From NCBI GenBank assembly GCA_965649205.1, contig CBFGJV010000020.1, positions 1 through 40,446 of the forward strand: 40,446 nt of DNA, in the 5' to 3' direction. Positions 1 through 8,197 of the stretch are shown one piece after another. The DNA comes from a candidate division WOR-3 bacterium (GTDB taxonomy: Bacteria > Hydrothermota > Tepidihabitantia > Tepidihabitantales > Tepidihabitantaceae). The notes under the pieces were generated by a model. That model had not been told where the DNA came from. It did no database searches and saw only the letters and a list, made by a program, of their open reading frames with translations. A program made the position numbers and the translations under genes. Position 1 is the first letter of the stretch; each line of letters begins with the position of its first letter.

Positions 1-20
1 CGTACTCACTACTCACTGCA

Positions 21-141
21 AGGAAGTGGCCGGAGAGGGAGTAGCCAGAAAGGGAGTAGCCGGAAAGCCGGAGAGGGAGTGGCCGGAGAGGGAGTAGCCG
101 GAAAGGGAGTAGGTAGAAAGGGGATGACCGGAAAGCCGGAG
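21..141 (+). repeat. Purine-rich ~15-bp tandem repeats (AGGGAGTRGCCRGAR) upstream of cas1
   Basis: Units at 21, 36, 51, 74, 89, 104 and 119 plus two 8-bp partial units; same unit family as 2644-2733; pyrimidine-rich, partly complementary tract at ~168-205. Confidence 0.9.
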
Positions 142-211
142 GGCTGACCGACGAGCCAGCCGTTGAACTACTCTCTACCATCTGCTCCCTACTACCTGTC
201 TCCCCAGCAAT

Positions 212-1201
212 ATGGCTACACTATACGTGACTGAACAGGGCGCAAAGCTCACCCGCGAATCGCGGCGGCTTCTGGTCGTGCGCGATGATGCGGTTCTGCT
301 TGACATACCAACCATCAAGGTTGAACGGGTGCTCATCTTCGGCTACTGTCAGATTACCACGCAGGCACTCGAACTACTGCTGTCCGAAGGTATCCCGACT
401 GCATTTCTTTCAATGGAAGGCCGACTCAAAGGTACGCTGGAACCCATCCGCTCCAAAAATATACCCCTGCGCGTAGCTCAGTACGAACTCTGCCGCAAGC
501 CGGACTTCTGTCTGGCTGTTGCCCGGCGCATCGTTGCGGGCAAAGTCAGGAATCAGCTCCGGCTGATACAACGCTTTGCCCACAATCGGCCCGAATGCGA
601 CTTCACCACCGCCCAACGCGACCTGAACCAGTTACTTGCCCAAGTTGACCACAAGACTGCGGCGGGCGGGCTTCTGGGGCTAGAAGGCCGGGCGACAGCG
701 GTCTACTTCGACGCCTTTCGTCGGATGTTTCGTCGGATGTCCTTTGAGCGTCGGGAGCGCCGGCCGCCGCCCGACCCGGTGAACTCGCTCCTGAGTCTCG
801 GCTATACGATGCTGGCGAATGAGTTTCTCTCGGCTGTTTCGGCAGTCGGACTTGACCCCTATCTCGGCTTCTTTCATACCACAAGCTACGGTCGGCCATC
901 GTTGGCGCTCGACCTGTGCGAGGAGCTCCGGCACCCGTTGGTGGACATGCTTACTCTCGACCTTGTAAACCGGGGAATACTGAAAGAACAGGACTTTACG
1001 CAGGACGAATGTGGCTTCATTCTTGTGCCGGAAGCCCGAAAACGTTACTTCAGCAAGTACGAACGACGGATGACAATACAATTCAAACATCCTCGCACAG
1101 CGCAGAACACCAACGTCCGGTCTATTATTCGCGAACAAGCCCTGAAAATATGTCACACCATTCAGGAAGGAGTGCCGTATGAACCGTTCTTCATCGGATA
1201 G
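212..1201 (+). CDS. cas1: CRISPR-associated endonuclease Cas1
   Basis: N-terminal TLYVTEQGAKL, GLEGRA..YF, RRPPPDPVNSLLSLGY, DPYLGFFH and SLALDLCEELR motifs; adjacent to cas2 and the array. Confidence 0.97.
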   Translation: MATLYVTEQGAKLTRESRRLLVVRDDAVLLDIPTIKVERVLIFGYCQITTQALELLLSEGIPTAFLSMEGRLKGTLEPIRSKNIPLRVAQYELCRKPDFCLAVARRIVAGKVRNQLRLIQRFAHNRPECDFTTAQRDLNQLLAQVDHKTAAGGLLGLEGRATAVYFDAFRRMFRRMSFERRERRPPPDPVNSLLSLGYTMLANEFLSAVSAVGLDPYLGFFHTTSYGRPSLALDLCEELRHPLVDMLTLDLVNRGILKEQDFTQDECGFILVPEARKRYFSKYERRMTIQFKHPRTAQNTNVRSIIREQALKICHTIQEGVPYEPFFIG

Positions 1202-1478
1202 CTGGTTTGTAGTCATAAGCTACGACGTCAAGAGCGACAGACGCCGCAACCGGGTGTGCAAAGCTCTAAAGGACTACGGAGAACGGGTCCAGTACAGCGT
1301 ATTCGAATGCCTGATAGACGAGCCGACCGCCGTGCGCCTAGAAGCCCGTCTTGCCTCGCTAATCAAAGACGACGAAGACACAATTAGAATGTACCGTCTA
1401 TGCGCGAAGTGCAGCGGTAGAGCGAAAGCGATAGGCACTGGCACGCTAACGGAAGAGGAAGATGTGTATGTCGTATGA
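1179..1478 (+). CDS. cas2: CRISPR-associated endonuclease Cas2
   Basis: VVISYDV..DRRRNRV.K.LK.YG.RVQYSVFEC motif; overlaps the cas1 3' end; start codon uncertain. Confidence 0.96.
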   Translation: MNRSSSDSWFVVISYDVKSDRRRNRVCKALKDYGERVQYSVFECLIDEPTAVRLEARLASLIKDDEDTIRMYRLCAKCSGRAKAIGTGTLTEEEDVYVV

Positions 1479-1570
1479 ATCTGGGTTGACTCAGAAGTGC
1501 CTCGTGACTTGGGTCTCGACCCATTTGACACAGCTAACACCTGAAGCCATAATGGGCTACACGGACGAGG
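1479..1570 (+). promoter_or_regulatory. CRISPR leader with sigma70-like promoter TTGACA(1525-1530)-N17-CATAAT(1548-1553)
   Basis: Lies between the cas2 stop and the first repeat; near-consensus hexamers; the degenerate repeat is at the opposite end of the array. Confidence 0.7.
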
Positions 1571-2641
1571 GTCTGAAACCTGTCCCTGATGAAAAAGGGA
1601 TTGCGACCAGCTTCTTCGCCTGCACCCAGCCGAAAGCCAGTCGATTACGTCTGAAACCTGTCCCTGATGAAAAAGGGATTGCGACGGCAAATAGCCGAAC
1701 CCACCTCCGAATTGTTGTTTTTTGGTCTGAAACCTGTCCCTGATGAAAAAGGGATTGCGACTTCTCTATTCCAGACGAAAATTACAGGTTGGATATTTCT
1801 CGTAGTCTGAAACCTGTCCCTGATGAAAAAGGGATTGCGACGCATCTATAGCGGCCCGGAATCTGTCTCCCCCCCAATACTCTCCGTCTGAAACCTGTCC
1901 CTGATGAAAAAGGGATTGCGACGCGATAGCCGGGCCGAGCTCGGCGAACTCCCCTCCCTCCGTTCGTCTGAAACCTGTCCCTGATGAAAAAGGGATTGCG
2001 ACGCCGCCCCAATCAGCACTTTCTCCGCGTCGGATGCTTGCGCTAGCGTCTGAAACCTGTCCCTGATGAAAAAGGGATTGCGACGAATTTCTCTTCCCCC
2101 CAGTACTCTCCGAGCTCGTACCCGGCGTCTGAAACCTGTCCCTGATGAAAAAGGGATTGCGACGAACCAGATGGGCATACCATTATCATCAGCAAGCAAC
2201 TCTACGTCTGAAACCTGTCCCTGATGAAAAAGGGATTGCGACACGAATAGTGCGCCAGAGCTATTGCTATGAATTTTTCTGGGTCTGAAACCTGTCCCTG
2301 ATGAAAAAGGGATTGCGACGATCCTTGACTCTCTCAAAGCCGCAGACGCTCGCAAACTCATCGGTCTGAAACCTGTCCCTGATGAAAAAGGGATTGCGAC
2401 TGCCGATTATCGTCCAGAAAGCCGACGACTGGCATCAGCTGGATCAGTCTGAAACCTGTCCCTGATGAAAAAGGGATTGCGACGGTATTGATTATTTCAT
2501 CGTGCGAAGCAACGATATCCACTCCGTCTGAAACCTGTCCCTGATGAAAAAGGGATTGCGACATTACTATAAATTTTTCTGGGGACAAAAATTGCCCCCA
2601 GAGGGTCTGAAACCTGTCCCTGATGAAAAAGGGATTGCTTG
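1571..2641 (+). CRISPR. CRISPR array: 14 repeats of 37 bp (GTCTGAAACCTGTCCCTGATGAAAAAGGGATTGCGAC) and 13 spacers of 39-46 bp; probably type III-associated
   Basis: Repeats start at 1571, 1649, 1725, 1805, 1886, 1966, 2048, 2127, 2206, 2283, 2364, 2447, 2526 and 2605; the last diverges in its final 3 nt. Internal TCCCT/AGGGA hairpin. Long variable spacers and the ATTGCGAC 3' end suggest type III (inference; no effector genes in the window). Confidence 0.98.
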
Positions 2642-2643
2642 CT

Positions 2644-2733
2644 AGGGAGTAGCCAGAGAGGGAGTAGCCAGAGAGGGAGTGGACAGAAAGGAAGTGGACA
2701 GAAAGAGAGTGGACAGAAAGGGAGTAGACAAGA
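2644..2733 (+). repeat. Six tandem 15-bp purine-rich repeats (core heptamer approx. RGAGTRG) abutting the terminal CRISPR repeat
   Basis: AGGGAGTAGCCAGAG x2, AGGGAGTGGACAGAA, AGGAAGTGGACAGAA, AGAGAGTGGACAGAA, AGGGAGTAGACAAGA. Confidence 0.92.
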
Positions 2734-2761
2734 AAGGAGCAGGGAGTGGTAGTGACAGGCG

Positions 2762-2790
2762 TTGACGTTTGTTTAGAACCCGAGTATGCT
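2762..2790 (+). promoter_or_regulatory. Putative sigma70 promoter TTGACG-N17-TATGCT for the four-helix-bundle gene
   Basis: Hexamer match; GAGGT SD-like sequence before ATG 2810. Confidence 0.55.
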
Positions 2791-2809
2791 GCAGCAGTGA
2801 GGTTCAAAT

Positions 2810-3169
2810 ATGAACGATAAGCCTCACCGCCGGCTGCTGGTGTGGCAGGCTGCAGTGGAGCTCGTGACCAAGGTTTACAAGCACACTCGCACTTTCCCAC
2901 AGGCTGAGCGGTACGCACTTGTGGCACAGATGCGGCGCGCCGCCGCATCAATCCCGAGTAACATTGCCGAGGGTGCAGCCCGAAAAGGCCGAAAAGAGTA
3001 TGTCCAGTTTCTTCATACCGCACGCGGTTCACTGAGCGAGCTTGACACCCAGCTGGAAATAGCCTTCCGTCTCGGCTACCTAAATGAGAGGTGCCGGGCA
3101 GAGCTTCAGTCCCAGTTGGACTGCGTTGGTCGAATGCTGAGTGGACTGATCAGTTCCCTCAATCACTAG
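2810..3169 (+). CDS. Four-helix-bundle protein (23S rRNA IVP / TIGR02436 / Avd-like family)
   Basis: L.VWQ.A.EL...VY..T..FP..E.Y.L..QMRRAA.SIPSNIAEG..R....EY.QFL..ARGSL.EL.TQL.IA..LGY signature. Confidence 0.93.
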   Translation: MNDKPHRRLLVWQAAVELVTKVYKHTRTFPQAERYALVAQMRRAAASIPSNIAEGAARKGRKEYVQFLHTARGSLSELDTQLEIAFRLGYLNERCRAELQSQLDCVGRMLSGLISSLNH

Positions 3170-3170
3170 A

Positions 3171-3212
3171 CTACTCTCTACTCCCCACTCCCTACTCTCC
3201 ACTCCCTACTCC
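3171..3212 (+). repeat. Six tandem heptamers CYACTCY, reverse-complementary to the cores of the 2644-2733 repeats
   Basis: CTACTCT CTACTCC CCACTCC CTACTCT CCACTCC CTACTCC immediately after the stop codon at 3169. Confidence 0.9.
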
Positions 3213-3240
3213 CTAATCCGAGGTGCGGTTGAAGAAGTGG

Positions 3241-4756
3241 TTAGCGGAAAATCAGTATTCCGCCGTCTTCGAGGAAGGCGAGTTCCTCCAGCTCAAAGTG
3301 CTGGCCCAGTTCTGCCACACTGTAAAGGTAGGGACGATGGAGGTACACAAACCACACCAGATAGTCGCCCGGTTTGACTTCTGCCTGCCAGAGGGGCTTG
3401 TCTTTTGCCGGGCTCATACGGCAGGGACGACCGGTGACCGAGTACACCAGAGCGGGGTCGTTGCTGTAAACTATGCCGTTGAGGGGGTTGAGTTTGAGCC
3501 ATTGTACCGTGTTGTAGTTCCGCACAATGTCGCCGTCGTAAACTCCAGCGCCGAATTGATGCCATCTTACGACGCTGAGTGCGGCTTTGCGTGCCGGATA
3601 TACTAGCCACAAAAGAAGAAAAAAGCTTATGAGCGCCGTGCCCAGCCGGGGTTTGTGCATCCGGCGACCCAAACTTTCACCCAGAGGAGCAAAAATACCA
3701 AGTGCGGGCGCCAGGGTGAGAGGCACGACCGGAGCGAGCATCCGGTCAAAGGAGCTTACGCCGACCCGAATAGAGAGAAGGCAGAGAGCGAGAACATAAA
3801 CACATGTAACGATGTAACCTGTAACCTGAAACAAGGGGAGCGGAGGCGAGTTCTGAGGTTGCTGCGGCTGTTGTGAGGCCAGGCACAGGTTTTCCCAGCG
3901 CTGGAGAAGAAGGAGCGCCAGCGCCAAGCCGAGAGCCAGAAGACCGACAAGAAGTACCCACCGGCTGGCAGGAAGGAATGAGCGGGGAAAAAACCAGACA
4001 AGTATGGTTTCCGCGGCAGTCTGCAGAGCGGCGAGGAAGCTGAGGTAAGGAGTGCTGTGCCGGCCCAGAGCGTTGACCCCCTGCAGATGTCGGTACGCAA
4101 TCCAGAAGAGAAGAGGCAAAGCCGAGGCAGTGGCCAGAAGCCCAGCGTAGAGAAGACGTCGCCAGAATCGTTGCTGGCTGAGCATAAGGAGTGCAACCAC
4201 AGCTCCGCCGACTATGAAGACGCCAGCGTACCGTTGCAGGACGCCGGCTGCGCCGCAAAGGCAGGCTAGGATAAGCCAGCGCGGGCGCACCGTACGCAGC
4301 CAGCGAACCAGGCTGGCAACCAGGCCGAGCACAAGCAGGGTGAAGACCGGTTCGCTCCAAGCGGTTGCCGAAGTTTTGAGCAGAGGCAGAGAGGTTAGTA
4401 CGGCAAGCGAGCCGATGACTGCCAGGGGCCGGAATCGGGTTTCTGCGGCCAGAAGCAGGCCGAAGAGGAAGACGGTGGCGCCAAAGGCAAAGGCATTGAG
4501 GAATCTGGCGGTCTGGGCCGGGTCCAGACCCATGGTTCCGGGCAGAGCCAAAAAGAGCGGGAAGAGAGGCGCATAGCCGCTGTAGGGGGGCATCGTCGAA
4601 TCCCCGCATGCCTTTGCCCGCGATCAGGTTACGGGCTGCGGCCAGATAGTGGGCTGAGTCGTGGGTGAGGCCGGGACCGTAAGGCCCGGTAGCCCAAAGA
4701 ATAACGATAATCGCCAGGATGCCAGCCGCAAGAATTGCCCAGTACTCAGGCCTCAC
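3241..4756 (-). pseudogene. GT-C fold (ArnT/PMT-like) integral membrane glycosyltransferase, frameshifted at a G6 tract (4585-4590)
   Basis: The N-terminus MRPEYWAIL...GPGLTHDSAHYLAAARNL..GKG.RGFDDAP (ORF from 4756) joins YSGYAPLFPLFLA...WSEPVF (ORF 3241-4593) if one base is removed; many TM segments. Confidence 0.75.
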
Positions 4757-4857
4757 GGCTCAGGATAGAGAGTAGAGGAAAGCTGTCAAGGTCAGTTTGA
4801 CCCGCAGGGCTGAATGAGTAAAATAACCCTTTAGCCGTCAGGCGGAAAGGAATCCGA

Positions 4858-6054
4858 ATGCATACTCAGGAACATATCAATTTGGCCGAAAGATATAGCG
4901 CCCACAATTACAAGCCTTTGCCTGTAGTGCTGACCAGAGGCGAGGGCGTGTGGGTGGAGGATGTGGAGGGAAGACGTTATCTGGATATGCTTTCCTCCTA
5001 TTCTGCCCTGAATCAGGGACACCGCCACCCTAAGATTATCGCCGCCCTGAAGGAGCAGGCGGACCGTCTGTGTCTTACCTCGCGGGCGTTTTACCATGAT
5101 GTTTTTGGGCCGTTCTGCGAGCTGGTGACCCGGGTGTGCGGATACGACCAGATATTGCCGATGAATTCGGGCGCAGAAGCGGTGGAGACTGCCATCAAAG
5201 CCGTGCGCCGCTGGGGGTATTTGCAGAAGGGAGTGGAGAAGGATCGGGCCGAGATTATCGTGTGCGAGGGAAATTTTCATGGCCGCACCACCACGGTGGT
5301 GAGTTTTTCCACCGAGAATCTGTACCGCGACGGGTTCGGGCCCTTTACTCCCGGGTTCGTCATCGTCCCCTATAATGATACCCGAGCGCTGGAGAAGGCA
5401 ATTACGGCAAATACGGTGGCGTTTCTGGTGGAGCCGATTCAGGGTGAAGCCGGGGTGCATGTGCCGGCGGCCGGTTATCTGGCTGAGGCGTATCGTGTCT
5501 GCCGCGAGCACAATGTGCTGTTTGTGGCCGACGAGATTCAGACCGGTCTGGGCAGAACCGGCAGGTTGTTCTGTTGCGAGTACGACGGAGTGAAGCCGGA
5601 CATACTTATTGTGGGCAAGGCTCTGGGCGGCGGCGTGATTCCGGTTTCGGGCATTCTGGCGTCCAGAAAGATGATGAGCGTTTTTGTGCCCGGCAATCAC
5701 GGTTCCACCTTCGGCGGAAATCCCCTGGCCTGCGCGGTAGCCAAGAGGGCGCTGGAGGTGATTCTGGAGGAAGGAATGGTGGAAAACGCCTTCCGGATGG
5801 GCGAGTATCTGCGGGCCAGGCTAAAGGAGATACGTTCTCCGCATGTGCGGGAAATCAGAGGCCGGGGATTGCTCGTGGGCGTGGAAATCAAGCCGGAGTC
5901 GGGCAAGGCGCGCAAGTTCTGCGAAAGGCTGATGGAACTGGGGGTGCTGGCCAAGGAGACGCACGAGACCGTAATCAGGCTGGCTCCGCCGCTAGTTATC
6001 ACGCAGAAGGAGCTGGACTGGGCTCTGGAACGTATCGCTGCGGTATTGCAGTAG
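4858..6054 (+). CDS. rocD: Ornithine--oxo-acid aminotransferase
   Basis: AHNYKPLPVVL.RGEG.WV.DVEG..Y.DMLSSYSALNQGH.HP, MNSGAEAVETAIK, EPIQGEAG, DEIQTGLGRTG, GKALGGG. Confidence 0.95.
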   Translation: MHTQEHINLAERYSAHNYKPLPVVLTRGEGVWVEDVEGRRYLDMLSSYSALNQGHRHPKIIAALKEQADRLCLTSRAFYHDVFGPFCELVTRVCGYDQILPMNSGAEAVETAIKAVRRWGYLQKGVEKDRAEIIVCEGNFHGRTTTVVSFSTENLYRDGFGPFTPGFVIVPYNDTRALEKAITANTVAFLVEPIQGEAGVHVPAAGYLAEAYRVCREHNVLFVADEIQTGLGRTGRLFCCEYDGVKPDILIVGKALGGGVIPVSGILASRKMMSVFVPGNHGSTFGGNPLACAVAKRALEVILEEGMVENAFRMGEYLRARLKEIRSPHVREIRGRGLLVGVEIKPESGKARKFCERLMELGVLAKETHETVIRLAPPLVITQKELDWALERIAAVLQ

Positions 6055-6164
6055 TACCAGAGTTGACACTGAAACGAACTGAAATAGACTTCAGGCTAGG
6101 AAAGAGCTGGCGGCAGACGCCCGTGAGGAGAGAGCGCGGGCAGACAGGAGTAGCACTTACCTTT

Positions 6165-7232
6165 ATGCAGACGTCCACAAAGGAAGTAATTGCCGTTACG
6201 CCAGAACTTCTGCAAAAGATGGCGGAAGGAGTCTGGGTGGCGGATAAAAGCGGCGCCATTGTGTTTGCCAATCGGGCTCTGGCCCGGCTGCTGGGCCGCG
6301 AGCCGTCGCAGCTTACCGATCAGCACTGGCGAAAGCTTCTGGCTGGCGCCGAAGCGAAGCAGCTACCTTTGTCCGACCTGCGCGAGGTGCGCTTGGCGCA
6401 CAGTAATGGCCAAGAGCTGGAGGGCGAGTTGCAGGTGATACCGGTGGAGCTTGCCGGCCGGCCCGCGCAGCTGTTCATCTTCCGGGACCTGTCGCGCCTC
6501 TGTCGCCAGTCGCCCACGCAGGCTGACTTTCTGGCCACTGTTTCTCACGAGTTGCGCACTCCGCTTGCCGCCATCCGCGAGGCTATGGCCCTGCTGGCAG
6601 AAACAGCCGGACCGGCCCTTTCCTCCCGACCGCGCCGTTATCTGGAAATCGCTCAGGAGGAAATAGACCGGCTGACCCGCATGATTACCAACCTGATTGA
6701 GTCTTCCCGGATGGAAACAGGCCGGGTAACCCTGAAGCCGGAACCGCTGGATTTGCGTCATACAATTGAGCGGGCCTTGAATAACTTGTCTTTGCTTATT
6801 GCCAGAAAGAATCTGCAGGTGGAAAAAGTATTCCCTTCTGTTCTGCCGCCGGTGCAGGCTGATCAGGACCGTCTTTTGCAGGTGCTGCTCAATCTGCTGG
6901 ATAACGCCATCAAGTATTCGCCCCCCGGCAGCACCATCCGGGTGGCCGCCCGCCTGCTGCCTGCCGGCAGTCCGGGCACCGACCCGCTGCCGGGTACGCC
7001 CTATGTGCAGGTAGATATCTCTGATGCCGGCCCGGGCATACCCGCAGAATTCCAGGACCGGATATTCCGCAAGTTTGAAAGACTGGACCCGCATGGCCCG
7101 GGCATTGGACTTGGTCTGCACATTGTGCAGTCTTTAGTGCAGTTGCATCACGGAAGAGTATGGGTCAGTTCCCGTCTGGGAGAGGGAGCTACCTTCAGTT
7201 TCACTATTCCCGCAGGAGAAGAAAATGGCTGA
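6165..7232 (+). CDS. Cytoplasmic PAS-domain sensor histidine kinase
   Basis: PAS-like (GVWVADKSGAIVFANRAL), H-box VSHELRTPL, N-box NLLDNAIKYS, DAGPGI, GIGLGL. True start is probably ATG 6165, not 5574. Confidence 0.9.
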   Translation: MQTSTKEVIAVTPELLQKMAEGVWVADKSGAIVFANRALARLLGREPSQLTDQHWRKLLAGAEAKQLPLSDLREVRLAHSNGQELEGELQVIPVELAGRPAQLFIFRDLSRLCRQSPTQADFLATVSHELRTPLAAIREAMALLAETAGPALSSRPRRYLEIAQEEIDRLTRMITNLIESSRMETGRVTLKPEPLDLRHTIERALNNLSLLIARKNLQVEKVFPSVLPPVQADQDRLLQVLLNLLDNAIKYSPPGSTIRVAARLLPAGSPGTDPLPGTPYVQVDISDAGPGIPAEFQDRIFRKFERLDPHGPGIGLGLHIVQSLVQLHHGRVWVSSRLGEGATFSFTIPAGEENG

Positions 7233-8184
7233 AAAACTGCGCATTCTGATTGTTGAAGACGAACCCAGCATCCGCGAGCTTACGCAGGCCCGGCTGGAAC
7301 AGGCCGGTTACGAGGTGCAGTCTGCGGCTGACGGATACCGGGGTCTTTCTCTGTATCGCACCTTCCAGCCTGACCTGGTGCTTCTGGACCTGATGTTGCC
7401 GAAGCTGGACGGCTATACCATCTGCCGGATGATGAAGGCCAGTGGTCATGAGCCGGTGCCTATCATTCTCTATTCTGCGCGTTCTGCGCCTGAAGATGCG
7501 CGTCTGGGCATCGAACTGGGCGCCGACGCCTTTGTGAGCAAGGCCGGCGACTTCGCCACCCTGCTGAGCAAGATAGAAGAACTGCTGAAGCCGAAACTGG
7601 ACGCGCTGCGCGCCGCCACAGGCACTGCCGCCGGCCCGCAACCCGCTGCGCCGCAATCGGCACCCGCCGCTGCCGCACCGACGACTGCGGCTGTGTCCCC
7701 GCCTGCAGAACCAGCTCCGCAGGCAGAGCCGGCCGCTCCGCAAGAAACCAAGCCCGCAGCTGAGGCGACAACGACTCCCGCACCGCCTGCCGAGCCAGCT
7801 CCTGTCGCTTCTGAACCTACTGCGACCACAACCTCTCCTCTTCCGGAGACTAAGCCTCAGCCGGCCGCAACAGCCGCTGTGCCAGAGCCGCAACCGGCAG
7901 GCCCGGCCGCTGCTACAGTCTCGGCTGCACCAACCGCCGCTGCGGCGACTGTATCCCCTGCTCCAACTGCCAAGCCAGCAGAGCCGGAAGAGCCAAAACC
8001 AGCCGCAGCACCGCCCCAAGCAGAAAAGCCCCGACCCGTAACCCCGGCAGAGCTGAGCGCCCGGGTGAGACCGCCTGCGCCGGAAGCTACCGCCGAATCA
8101 GCCGCAGCCAAACCGGAGACAAAACCGGGCTTCTTCGCCCGTCTTTTCGGCTGGGGCAAGAAAGAAAAGAAGAAGGAAAACTAA
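7225..8184 (+). CDS. Response regulator receiver domain with long Pro/Ala-rich tail and C-terminal amphipathic motif
   Basis: RILIVEDE, PDLVLLDLMLPKLDG, GADAFVSK; then a ~175-aa low-complexity tail ending KPGFFARLFGWGKKEKKKEN. Confidence 0.9.
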   Translation: MAEKLRILIVEDEPSIRELTQARLEQAGYEVQSAADGYRGLSLYRTFQPDLVLLDLMLPKLDGYTICRMMKASGHEPVPIILYSARSAPEDARLGIELGADAFVSKAGDFATLLSKIEELLKPKLDALRAATGTAAGPQPAAPQSAPAAAAPTTAAVSPPAEPAPQAEPAAPQETKPAAEATTTPAPPAEPAPVASEPTATTTSPLPETKPQPAATAAVPEPQPAGPAAATVSAAPTAAAATVSPAPTAKPAEPEEPKPAAAPPQAEKPRPVTPAELSARVRPPAPEATAESAAAKPETKPGFFARLFGWGKKEKKKEN

Positions 8185-8197
8185 CCGGCGTTCTGTC

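Noticed and set aside
1608..2604. Self-targeting spacers within the window
   Set aside because: No spacer match to the rest of the window was noticed by eye; not exhaustively computed.
1274..3032. ORFs across the CRISPR array and purine repeats (e.g. 1846-2361, 2358-3032)
   Set aside because: They are translations of repeats and spacers (recurring SQSLFHQGQVSD, VAIPFSSGTGFR, SLSVH), not genes.
2810..3169. Diversity-generating retroelement suggested by the Avd-like gene
   Set aside because: No reverse transcriptase and no TR/VR pair differing at adenines was seen in the window.
2644..3212. 23S rRNA intervening sequence
   Set aside because: No rRNA sequence flanks the cassette; no rRNA or tRNA gene was recognised anywhere in the window.
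4831..5700. Long antisense ORFs (also 6363-7121, 7204-8019, 9894-10661, 30475-31680 and others)
   Set aside because: Shadow frames of well-supported genes in GC-rich DNA, with no recognisable motifs.
5574..6164. N-terminal 197 aa of the 552-aa kinase ORF
   Set aside because: Overlaps rocD out of frame; a promoter at 6063-6090 and ATG 6165 give a more plausible start.
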